This document shows, piece by piece, positions 10,885-20,607 of a DNA stretch of 64,000 bases; within the stretch, counting starts at the first letter, position 1, and each line of letters starts with the position of its first letter. The stretch covers positions 1,280,001 to 1,344,000 of the forward strand of contig OZ219747.1 of assembly GCA_964291265.2 (NCBI GenBank), written 5' to 3'. The notes under the pieces were generated by a model. It did not search any database, was not told where the DNA came from, and saw nothing but the letters and a program-made list of their open reading frames with translations. The DNA is from Alphaproteobacteria bacterium (lineage in GTDB: Bacteria > Pseudomonadota > Alphaproteobacteria > SP197). The position numbers and the translations under genes were made by a program.

Positions 10885-11667
10885 GTGGACCAGGCCCTCA
10901 TCGATGAACTTGCCGAGTTCGCCGGCCGGCTGGCCGATGCGGGTGGCCCGGTCATCCGCAGGGCGCATCAAGGAGGCTTCTCGACCGAAGCGAAGGCCGA
11001 TGGCAGCCCGGTGACCGATGTCGATCGTGCTGTCGAGGACCGGTTGCGCGCGATGATCGCGATGTTCTGTCCGGATCACGGCATCGTCGGCGAGGAACGC
11101 GGCGCCACAGCGGCTGACGATGGTCCGGTCTGGGTGATCGACCCGATCGACGGTACGCTGCCCTTCCTCGCCGGCATCCCGGTGTTCGGTACGCTGATCG
11201 CCCTGCTTGAGGACGGTGTGCCGCTGATCGGCGTGATCGACATGCCGGCGACCGAGGAACGTTGGCTCGGTTGTCGGTCCCGTCCGACGACACGCAATGG
11301 CGTGACGGTCAGTGTGCGTCCCTGCGGCGGCCTCGCCGACGCGCTGATGTCGACCAGCAATCCGGATTTCTACGGCGCCGACGACGGCGTCGCCTTCGCA
11401 CGACTCAAGGCGGCGGTACGCTGGACGGTCTACGGCGGCAGCTGCCTTGCCTATGCCCAGCTCGCCTCGGGACGTACCGACCTCGGCATCGACGTCGCGC
11501 TCGACCCTTTCGACTACCTTGCGCTGGTGCCCGTCATAGAGGGGGCCGGAGGCGTCATCAGCGATTGGCGGGGCGCGCCGCTGACCATGGCCTCCGGCAG
11601 CCGCATCCTCGCTGCCGGCGATGCGCGAAGACATGCCGAGGCCTTGGCGATCCTGGCGGGTGCCTGA
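10885..11667 (+). CDS. Inositol monophosphatase family protein (histidinol-phosphatase HisN-like)
   Basis: SPVTDVD, GEE, WVIDPIDGT, PFD...EGAGG motifs. Confidence 0.85.
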   Translation: MDQALIDELAEFAGRLADAGGPVIRRAHQGGFSTEAKADGSPVTDVDRAVEDRLRAMIAMFCPDHGIVGEERGATAADDGPVWVIDPIDGTLPFLAGIPVFGTLIALLEDGVPLIGVIDMPATEERWLGCRSRPTTRNGVTVSVRPCGGLADALMSTSNPDFYGADDGVAFARLKAAVRWTVYGGSCLAYAQLASGRTDLGIDVALDPFDYLALVPVIEGAGGVISDWRGAPLTMASGSRILAAGDARRHAEALAILAGA

Positions 11668-12304
11668 GGCGCCTGTCGTGACGGTGCCTTGCCCGTGGGC
11701 ATGGAGCCGGCTGACACGATTCATCGCCCGTGGTACCGGTCCGGTCCAACACTCAGGGAAGATCGCCGCCGCGCATTCGATCACGGTCTGCCGTGTCTCC
11801 GCAGGGGGGCTGGCAGCGCTTGTTCGAGCCTGTTGCCGCGGGCCGTCCCGCGAGGTCTTCGAGCGTGAACCCGTGCGTCACGACCACGCGTTGGTTCAGG
11901 GGACATCGACAAGGCCTCCTTCGGCGCGCACATCGTGCCGGAGGCGGTCGAGCGCCTCATTCGACAGGTAAAGTACCCGGAACATGCATCGGCCCCTTCT
12001 GAGCAGCTCATGAGGTGTCCGGCGTACGGGTCATGACAGCCGTGCAGTCGGGCTCATGGCGCCTGCCTTCACGGTCGTCCGGTGAGGAATTCGGACTTCC
12101 CTACATGGCCTGAGGGCATCGCCCCGTCGTTGAGCGAGGCGGCCCTTCGGCATGGCGTTCTCCCCTGATCCTGTTGTACAGGGGGGGAGGAAACGATGTG
12201 CACCCGCTCGCTCGGCGAAAGCACTTGCGAGAGAGAGTATGCTGATTCAGCGTGTCGATGTTCCGGTGTCACGCCGCCAGCTTCGTCAGAGGGAGAATGG
12301 ACCC

Positions 12305-14389
12305 ATGCTGCCCGAACCGGTCCGCAAGGGATACAGCGTCTGCCCGCACGACTGCCCGTCGACCTGTGCCCTTGAGGTCGACCTTCTCGCGGCGGACCGG
12401 ATCGGCAGGGTGAGGGGGGCGAAGGACAACAGCTACACTGCCGGTGTCGTCTGCGCCAAGGTGGCGCGCTACGCAGAGAGGATCCATCATCCGCAACGCC
12501 TGACGACGCCATTGCGCCGCGTCGGGGACAAGGGGTCGACGGACTTTGTTCCCGTCACCTGGGATGAAGCGATGGACGAGGTTGCGACCCGTTTCGCCGA
12601 GGCGGAAGCCTGCCATGGCGCCGAAACGGTCTGGCCATACTACTATGCCGGCACCATGGGCCTCGTGATGCGTGACGGCATCAACCGGCTGCGCCATGTC
12701 AAGCGCTACAGCGGACAGCACAACACCATCTGCACCACACTGGCCTGGGCCGGCTACATGGCCGGTACCGGAGCGCTCATGGGCCCCGACCCCCGCGAGA
12801 TGGCGAAAGCCGACTGTGTTGTCATCTGGGGCACCAATCCTGTCAACACGCAGGTCAACGTCATGACCCACGCGATGCGCGCACGCAGGGAACGCGGCGC
12901 AACCATCGTGGTCGTCGACACCTACCGTACCGGCACGGCCGACAAGGCGGACCTCTTCCTGTGCGTGAAACCCGGAACGGACGCAGCCCTGGCCTGTGGC
13001 GTCATGCATGTCCTCTTCCGCGACGACTTGGCCAACCGCCCATGGATGGATCGGTACACCGATGATCCGGCAGGCCTCGAGAAGCACCTCGAGACCCGAA
13101 CCCCCGAGTGGGCCGAAGCGATCTGCGGCGTGCCCGCTGACAGGATCGAGACCCTTGCCCGGCTGGTGGGCCGAACACCCAGGACCTACCTGCGCCTGGG
13201 TTACGGATTCTGTCGCGGCCGCAACGGTGCCGTCTCCATGCATGCCGCCAGCTGCATCGCCTCGGTGACCGGTTCGTGGCGTCACGAAGGTGGTGGCGCC
13301 TTTCACAACAACGGCCAGATCTACCGCTGGGACCGCACGATGATCGAAGGTATCGACCGGAGGGATGCGTCGGTTCGCGTCTTCGACCAGTCGCGCATCG
13401 GTCCGGTCCTCGTCGGTGACAGGCGCGATCTCGGTGAGGGTCCTCCAGTGACCGCCATGCTGATCCAGAACACCAACCCGATGGTGGTGGCTCCCGATCT
13501 CGGCCTCGTGCACCGGGGATTTGCCCGGGACGACCTGTTCTGCTGCGTGCACGAGCAGTTCATGACGGAAACGGCCAGGATGGCCGATATCGTGTTGCCC
13601 GCCACGATGTTCCTCGAACACGACGACATCTACCAGGGGGGCGGACATCAGCACATCATGTGGGGGCCCAAGCTGGTTTCGCCCCCGGAAGAGTGTCGCA
13701 GCAACCACGACGTCATCTGCGATCTCGCCCGCCGCCTCGGGGTGGCGGACGAGCATCCCGGGTTCTCCATGACACCCGTCGAACTGGCCGATCACCTGAT
13801 GCAGGCATCGGGTTGGGGACCACTGGACAGTCTCGTTGCCAGGAGATGGATGGACGTTCAGCCCGACTTCGAGAAGGCGCATTTCATCAAGGGATTCGGT
13901 CACGCCGACGGTCGTTTCCGCTTCCGTGCGGACTGGTCGCACCGGCACAATGTCTTCGCGCCGCAAGGCGTGCCGCAGACCATGCCGCGGTTTCCCGATT
14001 TCTGGGATGTCATCGACACACGCCATCCCCTGCGACTCGTGACGGCGCCGGCGCGCCACTACCTCAACTCGAGTTTCACCGAAACGCCGACATCCATCCG
14101 GCACGAGAAGGCGCCCACGGCCCAGGTGCATCCCGACGATGCCCGCCCCCTCGGCATCACGGATGGCTCACGGGTGCGCCTGGGCAACGAGAAGGGCAGC
14201 GTCGTGCTGCGGGCCCGTGTCACGGGCGATCAGCTGGCCGGCACGGTCGTCGTCGAGAGCGTCTGGCCCAACAGCGCGTTCGACGAAGGGGTGGGCATCA
14301 ATCTCCTGGTGTCGGCGGAACCCGGCGCCCCGATCGGTGGCGGTCTCTTCCACGATACCTCGGTGTGGCTCGAACGTCAGTCCGACTGA
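12305..14389 (+). CDS. Molybdopterin-dependent oxidoreductase
   Basis: CPHDCPSTC...C Fe-S motif, TETARMADIVLPA, C-terminal molybdopterin-dinucleotide domain. Confidence 0.9.
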   Translation: MLPEPVRKGYSVCPHDCPSTCALEVDLLAADRIGRVRGAKDNSYTAGVVCAKVARYAERIHHPQRLTTPLRRVGDKGSTDFVPVTWDEAMDEVATRFAEAEACHGAETVWPYYYAGTMGLVMRDGINRLRHVKRYSGQHNTICTTLAWAGYMAGTGALMGPDPREMAKADCVVIWGTNPVNTQVNVMTHAMRARRERGATIVVVDTYRTGTADKADLFLCVKPGTDAALACGVMHVLFRDDLANRPWMDRYTDDPAGLEKHLETRTPEWAEAICGVPADRIETLARLVGRTPRTYLRLGYGFCRGRNGAVSMHAASCIASVTGSWRHEGGGAFHNNGQIYRWDRTMIEGIDRRDASVRVFDQSRIGPVLVGDRRDLGEGPPVTAMLIQNTNPMVVAPDLGLVHRGFARDDLFCCVHEQFMTETARMADIVLPATMFLEHDDIYQGGGHQHIMWGPKLVSPPEECRSNHDVICDLARRLGVADEHPGFSMTPVELADHLMQASGWGPLDSLVARRWMDVQPDFEKAHFIKGFGHADGRFRFRADWSHRHNVFAPQGVPQTMPRFPDFWDVIDTRHPLRLVTAPARHYLNSSFTETPTSIRHEKAPTAQVHPDDARPLGITDGSRVRLGNEKGSVVLRARVTGDQLAGTVVVESVWPNSAFDEGVGINLLVSAEPGAPIGGGLFHDTSVWLERQSD

Positions 14390-14619
14390 GACCATGTCAG
14401 CACGCCGCATCCCTGTTGCCCCTCTCTCAACAAACGCCTTCTGACAGACACATGAAGGAATGAAGCACCGGCGCGTGACGGCCTCTTCATCACCGGGAAC
14501 GCTCCCGGAGGCCTGGATCCGTGGTTCCACATGTTCCTTGAATGTTCTCATATCGAGATGCCGCCATGGAGAACGGACTCAGATTCCGTCACGAGACTCA
14601 CTCGCACCGCGCCCGTCCC

Positions 14620-14705
14620 ATGAAACGCAAGGCGTGCATCGAGACATCGGTCATCAGCTGTCCGACGGAACGGCCGTCGCCGGACCTTGTCACAGCCGCT
14701 TGCCC
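14620..14705 (+). pseudogene. N-terminal remnant of a PIN-domain (VapC-like) protein
   Basis: MKRKACIETSVISCPTERPSPDLVTAA resembles the M-K-x-x-V-Y-I-E-T-S-V-I-S-Y-L-T-A-R-P-S-R-D-L start of a PIN family; the remainder is absent. Confidence 0.5.
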
Positions 14706-14938
14706 GTGCCCTGTCCCGTCAGCACGTGTCGTTGTTGGCGAAGATGGAATCGGCTTCTGCGACACAGACGTTGTCGTTCTCGATCGTGCTGTCCTGCTGG
14801 GGCACCTTGTTGAACGACCCGCGCCCGGTGGCGTGTTGGCTGATGTGGAGACGTTCGTCGCGATGGCTCGCTTTCCGGGTGAAGGGGGCGTCGCGAGGGC
14901 CACCGCCGCTTTGACGGCTGGCCCAAGCCCGCCTCGAG

Positions 14939-15571
14939 TCAGCGCCAGGCGAAGACCGGCTGCTCGAGATGATCGACCCGGGTTGCCCGCCCGCTCAGCG
15001 CCACTTCGCGAAACTGGTAGATCACGGCAGCGGTCGGGGCGTGGATCCTGCTTCCGGCGATCGGCATGCGGATCACCGGGCGGTCACTCTCGGGTATGGT
15101 GACGAACTCCGGGGACCCTGGTCTGTAGAGGCAGGTGAAGGGAATACGGTGGACGGCTTCGACCTCTTGCGGATTGGCCTTCAACTCGACCTTGCCCCCG
15201 CCCCAGATGACAACCGGCGTGATGAGGTAGCCTGACCGTGTCGGATAATCGTCGAGTCGTCCCAGCACGGCGCTCTTGTCGAGATCGAGGCCCACCTCCT
15301 CGGCGAGTTCCCGCAGTGCCGCCTCCTCGGGCGTCTCGCCGGGATCGAGACGGCCTCCGGGAAGTGCCCACTGTCCGGCATGGTGGTTCATGCGCGCCGA
15401 CCGGCGCGTCAGGATGAAGGCGCCCCGGTCCTCGCGGTCGGAGACGACGGTCATGCTCACGGCAGCGCTCTTGCGTCCTTCAGGGGCGATCTGCCGTGTC
15501 TCGAATTCGCCAAGATGGCGCATCATGCGCTCCTTGAGGGCAGGGCCGTTGACGAGACTGTCCGCGTTCAT
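14939..15571 (-). CDS. NUDIX hydrolase, CoA pyrophosphatase-like
   Basis: Nudix box GGRLDPGETPEEAALRELAEEVGL; H.GQWALPG motif. Confidence 0.9.
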   Translation of the reverse strand: MNADSLVNGPALKERMMRHLGEFETRQIAPEGRKSAAVSMTVVSDREDRGAFILTRRSARMNHHAGQWALPGGRLDPGETPEEAALRELAEEVGLDLDKSAVLGRLDDYPTRSGYLITPVVIWGGGKVELKANPQEVEAVHRIPFTCLYRPGSPEFVTIPESDRPVIRMPIAGSRIHAPTAAVIYQFREVALSGRATRVDHLEQPVFAWR

Positions 15572-15701
15572 GGCAAGGTTCTCCCCCGGTGTCCCGGAAC
15601 CAGGGCGTGGACTGTGACCGGCCGGCGAAGGGGCGTCAACGCGCCCCTTGCGCCCGGGCCATCTGTCCGGCAGAAGGTGACGGACGATCCGGCAGGGACA
15701 G

Positions 15702-16799
15702 GTGATGACGATTCCCTCGAACATGGCAGCCGTCCTGCTGACCGGGCACGGCGGGCTGGACATGCTGGAGTACCGGGAGGACGTACCTCGCCCCGATCCC
15801 GCACGGGGCGAGGTGCTGATCAGGGTTGCCGCAGCGGGAATCAACAACACGGATATCAACACGCGGATCGGCTGGTACTCGAAGAAGGTGACCGGCGGCA
15901 CCTCTGAAGGAGCGGCGTCGATTGACGTGTCCGACGCGTCATGGTCCGGCGTGGCGATGACATTTCCGAGGATCCAGGGAGCCGACTGCTGCGGCAGGAT
16001 CGTCGCCATCGGCGAGGGTGTCGATCCTGCACGCATGGGCGAGCGCGTCATTGTCCGCAGCGTGATGCGGGCACCCCTTGCCTCGAGCCCGTTCGAGTGC
16101 TGGACCTTCGGTTCCGAGTGCGACGGGGCCTTCGCCCAGTTCGCGGTGGCGCCGTCTGCCGAAACCTATGCCGTGACGAGCGACTGGACGGACATCGAAC
16201 TGGCCTCCATTCCCTGTGCCTGGTCGACCGCCGAGAACATGCTGGAGAGGGCGGGTGTGGGGGCGGAGCGAATTCTCGTGACCGGTGCCTCCGGCGGTGT
16301 CGGGTCGGCGGCAGTGCAGTTGGCCCGGTACCGGGGAGCCACGGTCATCGCCGTGGCCGGCGCGGCCAAGGCGGAAGGCGTCCGGGCGCTCGGAGCCAGC
16401 GAGGTGATCGACCGCGATGCGGACCCCGTTGTCGCGCTCGGACAGGAATCGGTCGAGGCGGTCATCGACGTCGTGGGTGGAGCGACATGGCCGCGTTTTC
16501 TCGACATCCTGAAACGCGGCGGCCGTTACGCCACATCCGGCGCCATCAGCGCCCCGCTGGTCGAACTCGACCTGCGGACACTCTATCTCAAGGACCTGAC
16601 GCTGATAGGCTGTACGGCCCAGCAGGAAATCGTCTTCGACAACCTGGTGCGTGCCGTCGAAGGAGGTTCGGTCCGCCCCCTGGTGGCCGCCACCTTTCCG
16701 CTCAACGAGATCAGGCAGGCGCAACGCGCCTTCGCGGCCAAGACCCACGTCGGCAAGATCGTCCTCGTCCCGCCTCCCGTGGAGGGAGAGCCCCCGTGA
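15702..16799 (+). CDS. MDR-family alcohol dehydrogenase / quinone oxidoreductase
   Basis: AGINNTD, PRIQGAD, VTGASGGVG, GKIVL motifs. Confidence 0.9.
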   Translation: MMTIPSNMAAVLLTGHGGLDMLEYREDVPRPDPARGEVLIRVAAAGINNTDINTRIGWYSKKVTGGTSEGAASIDVSDASWSGVAMTFPRIQGADCCGRIVAIGEGVDPARMGERVIVRSVMRAPLASSPFECWTFGSECDGAFAQFAVAPSAETYAVTSDWTDIELASIPCAWSTAENMLERAGVGAERILVTGASGGVGSAAVQLARYRGATVIAVAGAAKAEGVRALGASEVIDRDADPVVALGQESVEAVIDVVGGATWPRFLDILKRGGRYATSGAISAPLVELDLRTLYLKDLTLIGCTAQQEIVFDNLVRAVEGGSVRPLVAATFPLNEIRQAQRAFAAKTHVGKIVLVPPPVEGEPP

Positions 16800-16836
16800 T
16801 GCGGGAACGTGCGACGGTGTCGGGAGAAACGTGACC

Positions 16837-18066
16837 ATGCCCGTGATCGATGGCGACAGACTGATGCGCGATCTCGAGACGCTTCGCACGTTCGGCCGGT
16901 GCGGCAGCGGCGTGGTTCGCCAGTCCCTGAGCGAGACCGACATGGAGTCCCGCCGCTGGCTGGTGGAGCGCATGGCGGATGCGGGGCTCGACGCCGGGAT
17001 CGACGGCATCGGTACGGTCTTCGGCCGCTCGCGCAAGCCCGGCAGGGCGCTGCTCGTCGGCTCCCACACCGATACCCAGCCCACGGGGGGCTGGCTCGAC
17101 GGCGCCCTGGGCGTCATGTATGGCCTTGAAACGGTGCGCGCCTTCGCCGAGTCCCGCGAAACCCGGGACCTTGCCGTCGATGTCGCTTCCTGGATCGACG
17201 AGGAAGGAACCTTCTTCGGTTTGCTGGGAAGCAAGATGTTCTGTGGTCTCGTCGGAGAGGGCGACCTTGACGGGGCAAGCAATGCCGACGGGGTGAGCCT
17301 GCGTGCAGCGCTGCGCGATGCCGGTCTTGAGGGGCGCCTCCTTGAACGCCGTGTACCCGACCGGTACCGGGCCTACATGGAAGCCCACATCGAGCAGGGG
17401 CCGTGGCTCGAGGAAGAGAAGAGGCGCATCGGCGTGGTCACGGGCATCGTCGGTATCAGGGACGTGTCGGTCCGCTTCGAGGGCCAGCAAAACCACGCCG
17501 GTACGACCCCGATGGCCCGGCGCCGGGACGCCGGCGTGGCGCTTGTGGCCTTCGCCGCGCGTGTTCACGAGGTGTTTGCCGCACATGCCGGACCACGTTC
17601 CGTGTGGACCATCGGCACCATTCGCCTCGAGCCGGGTGCAGCCAGCATCATTCCGGGGCGCGCCTGGCTCTCCCTGCAGTATCGCGACGCCGATGAGGCG
17701 CGAATGGACCGTTTCGAAGGCCTTGTCCGGGACCTCGTCCGCGAGAGCAATGCATGTGGTCCGGTGGCCGTGTCGATGGAAGCGACGAAGGATCGGACCG
17801 CCGCTGCCCTCATGGATGCGAGCCTGCAGCGACACCTCGAGGCGGCGGCCGAGTGTCACGCTCCGGGAGCATGGATGTCCATGCCGAGCGCAGCGGTGCA
17901 TGACGCTCAGAACCTTGCCCAGGTCATGCCCAGCGCCATGCTGTTCGTGCCAAGCCAGGGCGGCATCAGCCACGCCTTCGAGGAAGACACGTCACGGGAG
18001 GACATTGTCCTCGGGTGCCGGGTCTTCGCCGACGCCGTCGCCTCGGTTCTCCTCGAGGGACGATAG
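16837..18066 (+). CDS. M20-family Zn hydrolase (N-carbamoyl amino acid/allantoate amidohydrolase-like)
   Basis: GSHTDT, LDGALG, DEEG, EAHIEQG, NHAGTTPM, HDA, GISH motifs. Confidence 0.9.
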   Translation: MPVIDGDRLMRDLETLRTFGRCGSGVVRQSLSETDMESRRWLVERMADAGLDAGIDGIGTVFGRSRKPGRALLVGSHTDTQPTGGWLDGALGVMYGLETVRAFAESRETRDLAVDVASWIDEEGTFFGLLGSKMFCGLVGEGDLDGASNADGVSLRAALRDAGLEGRLLERRVPDRYRAYMEAHIEQGPWLEEEKRRIGVVTGIVGIRDVSVRFEGQQNHAGTTPMARRRDAGVALVAFAARVHEVFAAHAGPRSVWTIGTIRLEPGAASIIPGRAWLSLQYRDADEARMDRFEGLVRDLVRESNACGPVAVSMEATKDRTAAALMDASLQRHLEAAAECHAPGAWMSMPSAAVHDAQNLAQVMPSAMLFVPSQGGISHAFEEDTSREDIVLGCRVFADAVASVLLEGR

Positions 18067-18140
18067 AGCCGGGGCAATGTCGTGCAACGGCGCCCCTCGT
18101 CGTGCATGATGTTCGCTCGATGCATGAAAGGGATCCGCCC

Positions 18141-19085
18141 ATGGAGCAGAGGACGTTCGGTCACTCCGGCCTTCAGGTGTCGCTTGCCGGCATGGGCTGC
18201 AACACGCTCGGCTGGTCGGTGGACGAGAACCAGGGAACAAGGGTGGTTCATGCGGCCCTCGATTGTGGTGTGGCCCTGTTCGATACGGCGGACATGTACG
18301 ATGACGGAACCTCGGAACGCATTCTGGGAAAGGCGCTTGCCGGCCGCCGGCAGGACGTTGCGGTCGTGTCGAAGTTCGGCCTGAAGACGGCAAGCGACCA
18401 GCGCGACATACCGCGCGGGTCGCGTGACTACATTATCCGTTCCTGCGAGGGCAGCCTGCGCCGGCTCGGTACCGACTACATCGATCTCTACCTGCATCAC
18501 GCGCCCGATCCCCTGACCCCCGTGGCGGAAACGCTCGATGCCCTTGACCGCCTGATCGACCAGGGAAAGATCCGCTACCACGGCTGTTCCAACTACAGGG
18601 GCTGGCAGATCGCGGATGCGGCCTGGCAGGCCGATACCCTCTCGGTACCCCGCTTCGTTGCGGCGCAGAACGAGTGGAGTCTCATCTCGCGGGAGACCGA
18701 AACCGAGGTTGTGCCCGCGGCCCGGCGGTTCGGACTTGGCATCATGCCCTACTTTCCTCTGGCCATGGGATTTCTCACCGGAAAGTACACCTCAGGCGCC
18801 AAACCGCCCGAATCGTCGCGCCTGGCGTCGGGAGAGGTTCGCCATGCCGCCCTGCTGTCGCAGGAGAACTTCGAGCGTCTCGACAGGCTTGCGGCCTACG
18901 CCGAGGAACATGGAAGGAGTCTCCTGGAACTGGCCATCGGCTGGCTGGCGAGTCACGATACCGTCACCACCGTGATCTGCGGGGCCACCACGGAGGACCA
19001 GGTGAAGGCCAATGCGGCGGCGGTCGGTGCCTGGAACATGACGGCTGGCGACATCGACGAGATCGCCTCCATCGCCGGACCTTGA
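18141..19085 (+). CDS. Aldo/keto reductase
   Basis: FDTADMY, SKFG, SLRRLGTDYIDLY, GCSN, YFPLA motifs. Confidence 0.92.
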   Translation: MEQRTFGHSGLQVSLAGMGCNTLGWSVDENQGTRVVHAALDCGVALFDTADMYDDGTSERILGKALAGRRQDVAVVSKFGLKTASDQRDIPRGSRDYIIRSCEGSLRRLGTDYIDLYLHHAPDPLTPVAETLDALDRLIDQGKIRYHGCSNYRGWQIADAAWQADTLSVPRFVAAQNEWSLISRETETEVVPAARRFGLGIMPYFPLAMGFLTGKYTSGAKPPESSRLASGEVRHAALLSQENFERLDRLAAYAEEHGRSLLELAIGWLASHDTVTTVICGATTEDQVKANAAAVGAWNMTAGDIDEIASIAGP

Positions 19086-19112
19086 GACGGCAGCCCGAAG
19101 GGAAGTGATCCC

Positions 19113-19331
19113 ATGCCTCTTGTACTCCGCCATCTCCTCCTTGCCGCGGCCAGGCGGGCCGCGTCCGATCCCAGGGTGAGGGCCAAGGCGAAGAAGATCT
19201 ACGAAGAGAAGGCCCGCCCGGTCCTTGCCAGAAAGGCGCGTGAACTGAAGCAGGAAGCAGCCAGACGCGATCCCGAAGAGCATCCCGCACGATTCGTGGG
19301 GCGTGCCTTCAGGCGGTTTCTCGACGGCTGA
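19113..19331 (+). CDS. Small basic hypothetical protein
   Basis: 72-aa ORF filling the operon gap in the same orientation as its neighbours. Confidence 0.6.
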   Translation: MPLVLRHLLLAAARRAASDPRVRAKAKKIYEEKARPVLARKARELKQEAARRDPEEHPARFVGRAFRRFLDG

Positions 19332-19348
19332 TCATTCTCCTCGGAACC

Positions 19349-20566
19349 ATGGATCGTTCCTGGAGATCACCCCTTGTCGTGATCGCTGCAGGTTGCGCCA
19401 TTGCCATGATCGGCTTCGGCGTCCGTTCCGTCTTCGGCCTCTTCCAGGAGCCGGTGACGCTTTCCCACGGCTGGAACCGGGAAGTGTTCGCGCTGGCGCT
19501 CGCCGTCCAGAACCTGCTCTGGGGCCTCGGCGTTCCGATCGCCGGAATGATCGCCGACCGCTTTGGTCCCGGCCGCGTGATCATCCTTGGAGCGATCGTC
19601 TATGCCGTTGGCATCTGGGCGATGTCGGTCGTCGAATCCGGCACCATGTTCGTTCTGGCAGCCGGTGTCCTTGTCGGTCTCGGTGTCGCCTTCACCGCCT
19701 TTTCCCTGGCGCTTGCCTCCATGGCCCGGGTCGTGGCGGCGGAGCGGCGTTCCTTCGTCCTCGGACTTGGCACCGCCGCCGGCTCCTTCGGTCAGTTCGT
19801 CTTTTCGCCCAATGCCCAGTTCGCCATCAGCCTGTTCGAATGGCAGGGCGCGCTCTTGGTCCTGGCGGCGGCATCCCTGGTGATGATCCCGCTGGCCTTC
19901 ATTCTGCCGGCTTCGTCTGCGGCCGTTGACGAAGCGGCATATGAACAGGGCATGCGGGATGCCATAGTCGAGGCCGGACGGCATTCCGGATACGTGCTGT
20001 TGACCCTCGGATTCTTCGTGTGCGGCTTTCAGATTGCCTTCATCACGGTGCATTTCCCGGCATTCGTGACCGGATCCGGCTTCGATGCCAGGGTGGCAGC
20101 CTGGTCGCTGGCCCTGGTGGGCGCCTTCAACATCGTCGGTTGCCTCCTGGCGGGAGTGGTCGGCCAGCGCTGGAGCAAGCGCTACAGTCTTTCCGTCATC
20201 TACTTCCTTCGGGCCGTGCTCATCGTCGCCTTCATGCTGGCCCCCAGAACCGACGCCACGATCTATCTCTTCGCCGGCTGCATGGGACTTGTCTGGCTCG
20301 CTACCGTGCCCCTGACGTCGGGCATCGTCGCCCAGGTCTTCGGCACCCGCTACATGGCCACTCTCTTCGGAATCGTGTTCTTCAGCCACCAGGCCGGCAG
20401 TTTCATCGGTGTCTGGCTGGGAGGGCGGCTCTTCGATGCGACCGGTTCCTACGACGTGATCTGGTGGATCAGTGCGGTGCTTGGACTGCTTGCCTGCCTG
20501 GTTCACCTTCCCTTGGACGAGAGACCACTGATGCGTCTTGCCGTTGTCCCGGAACGGGAGGCCTGA
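19349..20566 (+). CDS. MFS transporter
   Basis: About 12 TM segments; GMIADRFG, GTAAGSFGQ, HQAGSFIG motifs. Confidence 0.9.
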   Translation: MDRSWRSPLVVIAAGCAIAMIGFGVRSVFGLFQEPVTLSHGWNREVFALALAVQNLLWGLGVPIAGMIADRFGPGRVIILGAIVYAVGIWAMSVVESGTMFVLAAGVLVGLGVAFTAFSLALASMARVVAAERRSFVLGLGTAAGSFGQFVFSPNAQFAISLFEWQGALLVLAAASLVMIPLAFILPASSAAVDEAAYEQGMRDAIVEAGRHSGYVLLTLGFFVCGFQIAFITVHFPAFVTGSGFDARVAAWSLALVGAFNIVGCLLAGVVGQRWSKRYSLSVIYFLRAVLIVAFMLAPRTDATIYLFAGCMGLVWLATVPLTSGIVAQVFGTRYMATLFGIVFFSHQAGSFIGVWLGGRLFDATGSYDVIWWISAVLGLLACLVHLPLDERPLMRLAVVPEREA

Positions 20567-20607
20567 CCGTCGATGAGTGCCCGCGAGAGAGATGAGGGAT
20601 TGACTGC